DNA from: a bacterium
GTDB lineage: Bacteria; Actinomycetota; Acidimicrobiia; Acidimicrobiales; Bin134
Assembly (NCBI GenBank): GCA_026705465.1
Contig: JAPPAP010000017.1
Location: forward strand, 6,100 to 70,099
DNA length: 64,000 nt
Reading direction: 5' to 3'
Below are positions 7,663-16,496 of this stretch, piece after piece. A program made the position numbers and the translations under genes. Each line of letters begins with the position of its first letter. The first letter of the stretch is position 1. The notes under the pieces are model-generated. The model had not been told where the DNA came from. It did no database searches and was given only the letters and a program-made list of their open reading frames with translations.

Positions 7663-7715
7663 TCACCCTGTACGGTGCAAGCCCGAGGTGTGCCCGAGTG
7701 CGCTGCGTGGCGGTG

Positions 7716-10061
7716 CTATTCGGCTCGTCTTCCTGCGCTGCGCATCAGCTGGATGAGTTCGGCTGGGTCGTATGGTGCCGGGGGGCCAGGAATGTAGGTG
7801 ACGGCTTCGATGAGGCCGGGGTAGGCGAAGGCGCCGTGGGTCTCGTACGTCGACCATAGGACTGGGGAGCGGCGATCGATGCCGACGTCGATGCCTTGGA
7901 ACGGTGCGAAGCCCATCAGCATCTCGACTCCGTCGAGGGACGCCTGCGGTTGGCTGTCCACGCTTATGATGAAGCTCCAGGTGTAGGGCTCGCCACAACG
8001 AGCGGCGATGTGGATCTGGTGGCGGCCCGGGTCCAAGAGGTTCGCAGCGACGGTCTTTTCGATGCCGTACTCGTTGTACCCGAAATGCACGATGCCATGT
8101 TCGATGTACACCACGTATCCGCCTCCCTGGTCGCCGTGGGCGACGAGGACACCGTCGGCGTCATGGTGCACGATGTCGATCTCGATGTCGAAGTCCCGGA
8201 GGGCGACGAGCTTCTGGGAGCGGTAGCGCTCGAGTGACGGTGTGCCCGCCAGGAGACGGACGGGTTCGTTGAGCGAGGCTTCATCGGGACGGCGCAAAAC
8301 TTGGAGAAGCCCGAGGCCGTCGTCGAGCGGGAACACCTGGTTGTTCCAGGCGGTGCGTTCCCAGGCATCGGCGAGTTCCGCGACGACTTCTGGGTGCTGG
8401 GCGGCCACGTCGTTCACCTCGGTGGGGTCGGTGGTGATGTCGTAGAGCTCCCACTCTGTGTCGTCATAGGCTGCCCCCCGCTGGTGGAGCGTGACGAGTT
8501 TCCATCCATTGCGGTAGAAGCTTCGATTTCCGAAGCACTCCGAGTATTGCTCCGGGTGGGTGCTTTCGGTGGCTCCATGGGTGATGGCGGGGGCGAAGCT
8601 GGCGCCGTCGAGGTCGTTTGGCGTCTCCACCTGGGCGATTTCGAGGATTGTCGGGAGGAGGTCGGTGACGTACTGATACTGGCGATGGATCGTGCCGGCG
8701 CGGTCGGGTCCGATGCCCTTGGGCCACGAAACGATCATGGGCACCCGCACGCCGCCGGCGTGGGTAGAGGACTTGTAGAGCCGAAACGGCGTGTTCGATG
8801 CCATTCCCCATCCGCGGGGGTAGTGCACCATCGCTCGAGGACCGCCGATGAGATCGGGATCGCGCTCGACGTCGAAGTCGCGTCCGAACCCTGCTGGGTT
8901 TCCGAATTGCCGGTAGTAGCTCCGCGTCCCCTGGGCCCCGCCCTCGCGGGTCGCGCCGTTGTCGGAGGTGAACAAGACGACCGTGTTGTCCAGATCGCCC
9001 AGCGCCTCGACCGCAGCCAACAGGCGGCCCAGGTTCTGGTCGACGTTGTCGACCATCGCGGCGTAGACCTCCATGTACCTCGCGAACCTACTTTGAGCCT
9101 CAGCGGGGAGGCTGGCCCAAGCCTCCACCTCGTAGCCAGGCTCGCTGTTGCGGGGCGGCAGCGCCGTGCCCTTGTCGAACAAGCCCAGCTCGATCTGATT
9201 GGCGAACCGGCGCGCTCGGACCTCGTCCCACCCTTGCTGGTAGCGGCCCCGATGCGTGGCGATGTCGTTCGCCTTGGCCTGGAGCGGTCCGTGGACCGCC
9301 CCGTGGGCCAGGTACAAGAAGAAAGGGCGGGTCGAGTCGTGGGATCGCAGCGACTTGAGATAGGAGATCGCCTCGTCGGTGATGTCGTCGGTGAAGTAGT
9401 AGCCGTCGGGGTAGGTGTCGATGGCCACCGGTGAGTTGTCGCGCACGAGCCGATGGGGATGGTGCAGGTTGGTCCAGCCCTCCAGCACGCCGTAGAACCG
9501 GTCGTAGCCCACCTGAAGCGGCCACGAATCACGGGGTGCGCCGTCGTGCATCGCCCCGTCGCGAGTCAAGTGCCACTTGCCGACGGCGAAGGTGGCGTAC
9601 CCCGCGTTGCGAAGGAGCCGGGGGAGCGTGTCGATCGAGGGATCGATCTCCATCGTCCAACCCGGAAAACCCGGGTCGAAGTTGGCGACTGCGGCGAACC
9701 CGGCCCGGTGCGGGTTCATCCCGGTGTGGATGGAGGCGCGAGACGGTGAGCACAGCGGGGCGGTGTGATAGTTCGTGAAGCGCAGGCCCCCGGCGCTGAG
9801 GCGGTCGAGGGTGGGGGTGGAGATCTCCGAGCCGTAGGGGCCGATGTCGGAGAAGCCGAGATCGTCCAGCAAGACGACGATGATGTTGGGGCTGCCCTGG
9901 GCGGGCCGAACCGGTTCGGGCCACCACGGGGTCGAGTCGCCGGCGAGACGGGAGATGTGGCCGCCGAAGGGCTGCGGCTGGTCCCGATGGTCGTCGTTCA
10001 TGCTCGTGTTGTTGTGTGCTCCGGGTTGCTCACGGACTCCGGGTGCCAACCACCGCAGCAC
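7716..10061 (-). CDS. Arylsulfatase (formylglycine-dependent sulfatase family)
   Basis: The sulfatase signature APLCSPSRASIHTG (C-x-P-x-R) is present, and the size is about 760-780 aa. An alternative ATG start at 10001 (MNDDHRD...) removes the overlap with the upstream gene. Confidence 0.9.
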   Translation of the reverse strand: MLRWLAPGVREQPGAHNNTSMNDDHRDQPQPFGGHISRLAGDSTPWWPEPVRPAQGSPNIIVVLLDDLGFSDIGPYGSEISTPTLDRLSAGGLRFTNYHTAPLCSPSRASIHTGMNPHRAGFAAVANFDPGFPGWTMEIDPSIDTLPRLLRNAGYATFAVGKWHLTRDGAMHDGAPRDSWPLQVGYDRFYGVLEGWTNLHHPHRLVRDNSPVAIDTYPDGYYFTDDITDEAISYLKSLRSHDSTRPFFLYLAHGAVHGPLQAKANDIATHRGRYQQGWDEVRARRFANQIELGLFDKGTALPPRNSEPGYEVEAWASLPAEAQSRFARYMEVYAAMVDNVDQNLGRLLAAVEALGDLDNTVVLFTSDNGATREGGAQGTRSYYRQFGNPAGFGRDFDVERDPDLIGGPRAMVHYPRGWGMASNTPFRLYKSSTHAGGVRVPMIVSWPKGIGPDRAGTIHRQYQYVTDLLPTILEIAQVETPNDLDGASFAPAITHGATESTHPEQYSECFGNRSFYRNGWKLVTLHQRGAAYDDTEWELYDITTDPTEVNDVAAQHPEVVAELADAWERTAWNNQVFPLDDGLGLLQVLRRPDEASLNEPVRLLAGTPSLERYRSQKLVALRDFDIEIDIVHHDADGVLVAHGDQGGGYVVYIEHGIVHFGYNEYGIEKTVAANLLDPGRHQIHIAARCGEPYTWSFIISVDSQPQASLDGVEMLMGFAPFQGIDVGIDRRSPVLWSTYETHGAFAYPGLIEAVTYIPGPPAPYDPAELIQLMRSAGRRAE

Positions 10062-10980
10062 CCGACCCGTCCACCGTCACCGACTCGAAGCCGGTCGGGC
10101 CGACGAACGAAGTGCCGTCGAGCGTGATGCGCTCCATGACACGCCGATGGCCCGGCGGCACATCCGCCGGCGCAATGTGGGCCGTTGCCCGGTTGTCCCA
10201 GAACGCGATGCTGCCCGGGCGCCAGCGGAACCGAACCGTGAACTCTCGGCTGCACAGGTGTTCGTTGAGCATTTCGAGCAGGTGGCCGCTCTCTTGGCGT
10301 GAGAGCTCGACGATGTGGCTCGTGTAGTCGGGGTTCACGTACAGCTGGCGCTCGCCAGTTTCGGGGTGCAGGGTCACCACGGGGTGCCGGGCTCGGAGAG
10401 GAGTGGCCATGAACTCGCGGGCGAGCTTGTTCGGTTCCCCCCGCACGACGTGCAAGACGTTGTGGTGGACCGCGGTCAGACCGTCGATGAGCTCACGGAT
10501 GGGGGCAGACAGCGCCGCGTACGCCGCCGCGAGATTCGTCCATTCGGTATCGGCACCGTACGGCGGCAAGGAGACGGCGCGAAGAATCGAACCCATCGGC
10601 GGCGCGGCCATGTACGACAGGTCGTTGTGCCAGCGGTGCTCGATCTCGTTGGCGCCTAGGTCGTCGCTGTGGTTTTCCTTTTCGATCATCACGATCTCCG
10701 GATGCTCCGGGAACCGCGGTGCCAGCGTGGGATGGCCAGGGCACACCGACCCGAAGTTGCGGCCAAGCGCCACGTGCTCGTCTCGGGTGAGTTCCTGATC
10801 CCGGAAGAACACCACCTTCCACTGCAACAGAGCGGCGCGGATGGCGTGAGCAGTGGAGTCGTCCATCGGTTCGCGGAGATCGACGCCGTGAATCTCCGCA
10901 CCGGTGTGCTGAGACATCGGCAGAACCTCGAGCCGGTCGCCGGCATCGATCTTTCCCTGGGCTTTATTGATCACCTTCAT
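10030..10980 (-). CDS. TauD/TfdA-family Fe(II)/2-oxoglutarate dioxygenase (taurine dioxygenase / alkylsulfatase AtsK-like)
   Basis: Family-typical segments include ...GAEIHGVDLREPMDD...LLQWKVVFFRDQELT... and ...WHNDLSYM.... The start is taken at ATG 10980, because the longer ORF (to 11115) has an implausible N-terminus. Confidence 0.85.
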   Translation of the reverse strand: MKVINKAQGKIDAGDRLEVLPMSQHTGAEIHGVDLREPMDDSTAHAIRAALLQWKVVFFRDQELTRDEHVALGRNFGSVCPGHPTLAPRFPEHPEIVMIEKENHSDDLGANEIEHRWHNDLSYMAAPPMGSILRAVSLPPYGADTEWTNLAAAYAALSAPIRELIDGLTAVHHNVLHVVRGEPNKLAREFMATPLRARHPVVTLHPETGERQLYVNPDYTSHIVELSRQESGHLLEMLNEHLCSREFTVRFRWRPGSIAFWDNRATAHIAPADVPPGHRRVMERITLDGTSFVGPTGFESVTVDGSGAAVVGTRSP

Positions 10981-11098
10981 GCAGGGTTGCGTCCCGTAGC
11001 AGTAGCCGTCGTGACAAGCAACTAGCTTATTCTCATCGATGCCTGCGTGACGCTCCTGACCACCCCTTGACCCATCGAGCCACCCGGAGAACACACCC

Positions 11099-12286
11099 AT
11101 GGCCCATCCCACCATCGAACAGATCGCAGAGCTTGGGCCCTACCTGGCCGACCACTCGAGCCAAGCCGATGCACTCGGACGGCTACCCGACGAAACGGGC
11201 AAGTTGCTGAAGGAGACCGGAGTCATTCGGATGTTGCAGCCGCGGGACTTCGGAGGCCTGGAGGCCGACCCCCGCGACTTCCTCAACGCCGTGATGGACG
11301 TGGGGAACCACTGCCCCTCGGCGGGCTGGATCGCTGGTGTGGTGGGCGTTCACCCCTGGGAGCTGGCCCTCAATGACACCCGGCTACAAGAGGAGGTCTG
11401 GGGTGAAGACCCCGACACATGGGTCGCATCGCCGTACGCACCCTCGGGCGTCGCCACGCCAACCGACGGCGGCTTCATCGTCAATGGCCGCTGGTCGTTC
11501 TCCTCGGGCACCGATCTCTGCGACTGGATCGTGCTGGGCGCGATGGTCAAGGAGGCCTCCGCCGGACCCGACGACCCGCCGATCGGCAGCCTCCACGTCA
11601 TGTTGCCCCGCGCCGACTACGAGATCGTCGAGGATTCGTGGAACGTGATTGGGCTCGAGGGGACCGGGAGCAAGGACGTCATCGTCGATGGCTCGTTCGT
11701 GCCCGACTATCGCACACTCGATGTGCGCAAGCTCCTCGACGGTCGCGCCGCCAAGGAGTCGGTCCGCAGCGGCGATCCCCTGTTCAACGTGCCGTGGTCA
11801 GCCGTGTTCCCCGGTGGGGTGGCAGCCGGCCTGATCGGAATCGCCGAGGGCGTGCTCCAGCGAGGCATTGAGTACCAGGCGGGGCGGGTCTCCAACCTCG
11901 GTGTCGTGCAGGCCGACGACCCCCTTTCTCGGCAGGTGCTCGCCGAGGCGGCCGCCGACATCGCCAGCGCTCGCATTCAGCTGGTCCACAACATCGGCGA
12001 GGCATACGACGCGGTTCGAGCCGGCCACACGATTGGGATCGACCAGCGGGTAGCGCTTCGGCGCGATCAGGTCCGGGCGGCGTGGCGGGCCGCGGCGGCA
12101 GCCAACACCGTTTATGACATCTGCGGTGGGAACTCAATCCGTCTCGACAAGCCGGTGCAGCGCTTCTGGCGGGGCATGCACGCCGGACTCCATCACGGCA
12201 TATTCGTCCGAGGCCCGCTGCTCGACCTCGCCGGAGGGGTTCTGATGGGCCTGCCTCCCTCCGGCCCGTCAGCGGTCACCGTCTGA
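11099..12286 (+). CDS. hsaA: Acyl-CoA-dehydrogenase-fold flavin-dependent monooxygenase, HsaA-like (3-HSA hydroxylase oxygenase subunit)
   Basis: The sequences RLPDETGKLLKETGVIRMLQPRDFGGLE...EEVWGEDPDTWVASPYAP...QRFWRGMHAG closely parallel mycobacterial HsaA as I remember it. It is followed by hsaD- and hsaC-like genes in the canonical order. Confidence 0.7.
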   Translation: MAHPTIEQIAELGPYLADHSSQADALGRLPDETGKLLKETGVIRMLQPRDFGGLEADPRDFLNAVMDVGNHCPSAGWIAGVVGVHPWELALNDTRLQEEVWGEDPDTWVASPYAPSGVATPTDGGFIVNGRWSFSSGTDLCDWIVLGAMVKEASAGPDDPPIGSLHVMLPRADYEIVEDSWNVIGLEGTGSKDVIVDGSFVPDYRTLDVRKLLDGRAAKESVRSGDPLFNVPWSAVFPGGVAAGLIGIAEGVLQRGIEYQAGRVSNLGVVQADDPLSRQVLAEAAADIASARIQLVHNIGEAYDAVRAGHTIGIDQRVALRRDQVRAAWRAAAAANTVYDICGGNSIRLDKPVQRFWRGMHAGLHHGIFVRGPLLDLAGGVLMGLPPSGPSAVTV

Positions 12287-12305
12287 GCGCAGTGGTTATC
12301 GGCCC

Positions 12306-13187
12306 ATGAGCGAAACAACGACACCCATCACCGAAGAGGACACCAGCCGAACGCTGCGCGTCGATCACGGTGTCCTGCACTATCACGAGGTGGGCCATGG
12401 TCCGCCGCTGGTCATGCTGCACGGCTCGGGCCCGGGGGCCACCGGCTGGGCGAACTTCGGCGAGAACCTCGCGGCATTCGCCCCCCACTTCCGCTGCCTC
12501 GTGCTGGATCTGCCGGGCTTCGGTGGCAGCTATGCCCCGCCCACCAATCTGGTACTGCACGGGGCCGAGGCCGTTACCGCCTTCGTTGACGGGCTCGGCC
12601 TGGATGCGTTCTCGCTGCTCGGCAATTCACTCGGGGGGAAGTTCGCCGCCCAGGTGGCGGCGGCTCGGCCCGATCAGGTGCGGCGGCTGGCGACCATCGG
12701 CGGGGTCGGACTTCCGCTGCTCAGCCCGTTGCCGTCGGAAGGCATCAGTCGCCTCGTCGACTTCGTTGAGAACCCCACCCGCGAGCTGCTCATCGCCTGG
12801 ATGCGATCGATGGTCTTTGACCCCGCCACCCTCACCGAGGAGTTGATCGACCGTCGCTGGGAGGCGGCAACCGAGCCCGAGGCGCTCGCCAATATCCGCC
12901 AGATCTACAGCCGGGAAAAGCTGTCGTTCCTACGCGACGTCATGCTCGACAACACCAACGAGTTCGTGACTCTGCGCGGGATCCAGGCGCCGACGCTGGT
13001 CACCTGGGGGCGAGACGACCGGGTCACGCCCCTTGACGGGTTGATCCCGGCAATGCGCCTGATTCGGCGCTGCGAAGTCCACATCTTCCCGAACTGCGGG
13101 CACTGGTCGATGATCGAGCGCAAGGACGAGTTCGAGCGGGTCGTGATCGAGTTCCTCACCCGCGATGAGCCGGAGACCACCCCTTGA
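12306..13187 (+). CDS. hsaD: Meta-cleavage-product hydrolase, alpha/beta fold (HsaD/BphD-like)
   Basis: The sequences LHYHEVGHGPPLVMLHGSGPGATGWANF... and the nucleophile elbow GNSLGG are present. It sits between the hsaA- and hsaC-like genes. Confidence 0.75.
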   Translation: MSETTTPITEEDTSRTLRVDHGVLHYHEVGHGPPLVMLHGSGPGATGWANFGENLAAFAPHFRCLVLDLPGFGGSYAPPTNLVLHGAEAVTAFVDGLGLDAFSLLGNSLGGKFAAQVAAARPDQVRRLATIGGVGLPLLSPLPSEGISRLVDFVENPTRELLIAWMRSMVFDPATLTEELIDRRWEAATEPEALANIRQIYSREKLSFLRDVMLDNTNEFVTLRGIQAPTLVTWGRDDRVTPLDGLIPAMRLIRRCEVHIFPNCGHWSMIERKDEFERVVIEFLTRDEPETTP

Positions 13188-13207
13188 GCACACGAAGGTA
13201 GCCAACC

Positions 13208-14089
13208 ATGTCCGTCCTGTCCCTGGGATACGTCCGGCTCGTTAGTCCACACCTGGACGAGTGGCGCAGGTTCGCTGCCGACGTGCTCGGCTTCATGCCC
13301 GCGCCCGGCCCCGACGCGGCCGCGGCCTATTTCCGATGGGACAACTACCCCTACCGCCTGGTCGTCGCCGCAGCTGACACCGCGGGAGTCGACGCCATCG
13401 GCTTCGAAGTCATCAACGACGCCGACCTGCACGCACAGGTCTCTCGCCTCGAACAGGCGGGTGTCGACGTGAGAGTGGGCTCCGACGAAGAGGCCGCCGC
13501 CCGTCTCGTGACCGGTTACGCCTCCTTCGAAGATCCCGCCGGCACCCCGCTGGAGCTCTACCACGGCCCCATTCGCAACGACATTCCGGTGGTGACACCC
13601 CTCGTTTCGAGCTTCGTGACCGGAGACATGGGCTTCGGACACGCCGTTTTGAAGGTCGATGAATTCGAGCCGGTCCTGAACTTCTACCGAGACGTGCTCG
13701 GCTTCCACCTGCGGAACACCTGGCACGCCGGGGCGATGTCGATGGCGTTTTTGGGCTGCAACCCGCGTCACCACACGATCGGAATCGGCGCCGGTCTGCC
13801 TCGGACCCATCCGCTGGGGCACATCATGGTGGAAGTGGCGACCATCGATGATGTCGGCATGGCCCAAGACCGCTGCCTCGACCAGGGAGTCCCTGTCCAC
13901 ATGTCCTTGGGACGCCACACCAACGACGAGATGATCTCTTTCTATTGCCAAGCTCCCGACCCGATGATGGTCGAGTTCGGATGGGGTGGGCTACGAGTCG
14001 AGGATCCCGACCTTGCCGGCACCTACCAGATCTCCCGCCCGAGCTTTTGGGGTCACCGGCCCTTCCCGGCTGGACCAGCACCCGGCTAG
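13208..14089 (+). CDS. hsaC: Extradiol (type I, two-domain VOC) ring-cleavage dioxygenase (HsaC/BphC-like)
   Basis: The sequences MSVLSLGYVRL...GCNPRHHTIGIG...HIMVEVATIDDVG...LGRHTNDEMISFY are typical of BphC/HsaC. Confidence 0.75.
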   Translation: MSVLSLGYVRLVSPHLDEWRRFAADVLGFMPAPGPDAAAAYFRWDNYPYRLVVAAADTAGVDAIGFEVINDADLHAQVSRLEQAGVDVRVGSDEEAAARLVTGYASFEDPAGTPLELYHGPIRNDIPVVTPLVSSFVTGDMGFGHAVLKVDEFEPVLNFYRDVLGFHLRNTWHAGAMSMAFLGCNPRHHTIGIGAGLPRTHPLGHIMVEVATIDDVGMAQDRCLDQGVPVHMSLGRHTNDEMISFYCQAPDPMMVEFGWGGLRVEDPDLAGTYQISRPSFWGHRPFPAGPAPG

Positions 14090-15405
14090 TAGCGGGAGCG
14101 GGGGGAGATGGCGAGGGAGAGGGCTACGGCGACGATGGCGGCGCCGGCGCCTAGAAGGTAGGAGCTGGCCAGGGAGTTGCCGGTGATGTCGGTGCCGATC
14201 ATGATGACCATGGTCTGCATGCCGGTGGTGACGCCGACTTGGGTGAGGGTGCCCCGCATGCCCGAGGCCACGCCGTAGTCCTCGGGCTCCACCGCGTCGG
14301 ATGCGGTGGTGGTGAGCGACGGGAGCTGGATGCCGTGGCCGATGGCCACCACGAACAGCCCCGCCACCGTCCAGCCCAGCGATGCCTGCCAGGCCGACAG
14401 GGCGAAGAACACCATACCCACCGCCAACAGCGACGATCCGACCACCGGGGTCATGCGGGCCCCCAAGCGGGGGTGGATGTAGCCGCCGGCAAAGGCACAC
14501 GAGCTGAACGTGATCGGCCGCACCGCCAACAGCAGCGTGGCCGCCCCCAGGCCCCAGCCCAGCCGCTCGGTGAACAAGAACGGGGTCACCACCAGCCCGC
14601 CCATGAACGAGAAGTTGGCCAGGGTGACCACCCAGATGGGAATGGAGAAGTTGCGCTTTCGCAGGTAGGCCATGCTGATGATCGGCTCGGGCACGCGCTG
14701 CTCAATGCGGGCGAACGCGGCTAGCAGCACAACCCCGCCGGCCATGAGGATGACGCTCACCGAGGTGCCCACGCCGTCGTTGCCCAACAGCGTCAGCCCC
14801 ACCAGCACCAGCGCCACCCCGGCAGTGAGGGTGAGGCCGCCCCAGTAGTCGACCGACACGTCGAGGCCGCCGCCCATCGGGCGGACCACCGTCGCGCTGG
14901 TCACCAGGCCGATCACCGCGATCACCCCGAAGAAGGCGAACACCCACCGCCAGCCGAACTGCTCCACGATCTGCCCGCCCACGATCAGCCCGATGGCGGG
15001 CGCCCCCGACAGCGCCGACTGATACCAGCCAATGGCCCGGGAGCGGGTGGAGATCGGAAACGCCAGCAGCACCATGGCGGTGCCTGCCGCGGTGGCCACC
15101 CCGTTGGCAACCCCGGCCGCCACCCGGAACCCGATCAGGCTCTCGATGCTCCAGGCCAGCCCGCTGAGAGGGGTGACCACCACCAGCATCACCGCCGAGG
15201 CCAAAAATGCCCGGCGGTGGCCGTAGATGTCGCCCAGCTTGCCGCCCAGCGACGTGGACACCGCGGAAGCCAAGATGGCCCCGGTCACCGTCCAGCTGGC
15301 GGCATCGGTTCCGGTGTCGAGGTCGCGGGCGATGTCGCCGACGGCCACCGCGATCACCGTCAGGCTCATGCTCACCCCGAACTGCACGGGGACGATGGCC
15401 GCCAT
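14086..15405 (-). CDS. MFS transporter (DHA-type drug/metabolite:H+ antiporter-like)
   Basis: 439 aa and multi-TM. The N-terminal ...VAVGDIARDL...W.V... and GGKLGDIYGHRR motifs are typical of MFS. Confidence 0.85.
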   Translation of the reverse strand: MAAIVPVQFGVSMSLTVIAVAVGDIARDLDTGTDAASWTVTGAILASAVSTSLGGKLGDIYGHRRAFLASAVMLVVVTPLSGLAWSIESLIGFRVAAGVANGVATAAGTAMVLLAFPISTRSRAIGWYQSALSGAPAIGLIVGGQIVEQFGWRWVFAFFGVIAVIGLVTSATVVRPMGGGLDVSVDYWGGLTLTAGVALVLVGLTLLGNDGVGTSVSVILMAGGVVLLAAFARIEQRVPEPIISMAYLRKRNFSIPIWVVTLANFSFMGGLVVTPFLFTERLGWGLGAATLLLAVRPITFSSCAFAGGYIHPRLGARMTPVVGSSLLAVGMVFFALSAWQASLGWTVAGLFVVAIGHGIQLPSLTTTASDAVEPEDYGVASGMRGTLTQVGVTTGMQTMVIMIGTDITGNSLASSYLLGAGAAIVAVALSLAISPRSRY

Positions 15406-15468
15406 CAGGCGGAACCGGTAGCGGTCGTCGTAGCCGACCGCGGCTGTGCTCAGCGCTTCATGTCGGGA

Positions 15469-16428
15469 TTACCCCGACAGGGCGGCTTGCACCGCGGCGG
15501 CTGCGGTCTCCTGGGCTTCGACGGCGCCGGGGATGGCCAGGGTCATGCCGAAGAAGCCGTGGAACATGCCGTCGTAGCGGTGGACCTCACAGGCCACCCC
15601 GGCCTCCTGGAGGGCGGCCCCGTAGGCCTCGCCCTCGTCGCGCAGCGGGTCGAACTCGGCGGTGATGACGCACGCCGGTGGCAGTCCGCTGAGGTCGGCT
15701 GCTTTGATCGGCGAGGCATAGGGGTTGTCGCGGTCGGCCACAGCGGCGTACTGGTCGTAGAACCAGTCCATCGACTCCTTGGTCAAGAAGTAGTCGAAGC
15801 CGTTCTCGGTCTGCGACGGCCAGGCGTTGGAGTCCATGTCGCAGCAGGGATAGATCAGCAGCTGGTGGGCGATGGCCGGACCGCCCCGGTCGCGGGCCAT
15901 CTGGGCCACTACCGCGGCCAGGTTGCCTCCGGCGCTGTCGCCAGCCACTCCCAGGCGCCCAGCATCGGCCCCGATGGAAGCGGCGTTGGCGGCCACCCAC
16001 TGGGTGGCGGCGTAGCAGTCTTCGGCAGCAGCCGGGAACTTGGCCTCCGGCGCCAGCCGGTAGTCCACCGACACGTACACCATGCCGGTGCGGTTCACCA
16101 TCTCTCGCACCTGGCCGTCGTGGCTGTCGATGCCGCCGATCACCCAGCCCCCGCCGTGGAAGAACACCACCACCGGACGGGGCTCATCGGTGACCTCGGC
16201 CCAGTAGATCCTGATGGGCAGGTCGTCGCCGTCGGCGCCGGCGATCACGCGGTCCTCGGTGCGGGCCACGTCCTCCACCGGCATGTCGCCCAGCTGCATG
16301 CGGTTGCGCAGGTCCTCGGCGGTCAGCGAGGCGATGCCCGCAAAGCTCACGCCGTTTTCTTCCATCATGTCCATAACGGCCTTGGCGGCCGGATCTAGTG
16401 CCATGGGCCGCACCCTAACCGAGCCCAA
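15469..16428 (-). CDS. Alpha/beta hydrolase, hormone-sensitive-lipase-type esterase
   Basis: The oxyanion motif FFHGGGW and the nucleophile motif GDSAGGN are both present. An alternative start is at 16404. Confidence 0.9.
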   Translation of the reverse strand: MGSVRVRPMALDPAAKAVMDMMEENGVSFAGIASLTAEDLRNRMQLGDMPVEDVARTEDRVIAGADGDDLPIRIYWAEVTDEPRPVVVFFHGGGWVIGGIDSHDGQVREMVNRTGMVYVSVDYRLAPEAKFPAAAEDCYAATQWVAANAASIGADAGRLGVAGDSAGGNLAAVVAQMARDRGGPAIAHQLLIYPCCDMDSNAWPSQTENGFDYFLTKESMDWFYDQYAAVADRDNPYASPIKAADLSGLPPACVITAEFDPLRDEGEAYGAALQEAGVACEVHRYDGMFHGFFGMTLAIPGAVEAQETAAAAVQAALSG

Positions 16429-16496
16429 TGCGCCTGCTGTGGGTCGCGGCGTTTACCATCTGCCCGGAGACAGCGCCGACACCCAAGGGGGATGGC

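Noticed and set aside
1-7700. Calling the left island a discrete mobile element (ICE, prophage or integron)
   Set aside because: No integrase, transposase, att-like tRNA repeat or phage structural genes are visible in the window. Only island-like content and local direct repeats are seen.
8301-9434. Numerous other long ORFs antisense to, or out of frame with, recognised genes: 8301-9434, 12905-13951, 15217-16398, 25601-26782, 28417-29568, 34675-36072, 36049-37074, 41962-42987, 42827-43921, 43994-45100, 48226-49278, 49217-50245, 50134-51315, 52444-53703 and 53855-55318
   Set aside because: Each overlaps a gene with clear family motifs on the other strand or in another frame. Their products are low-complexity Arg/Gly/Pro/His-rich sequences with no recognisable domains.
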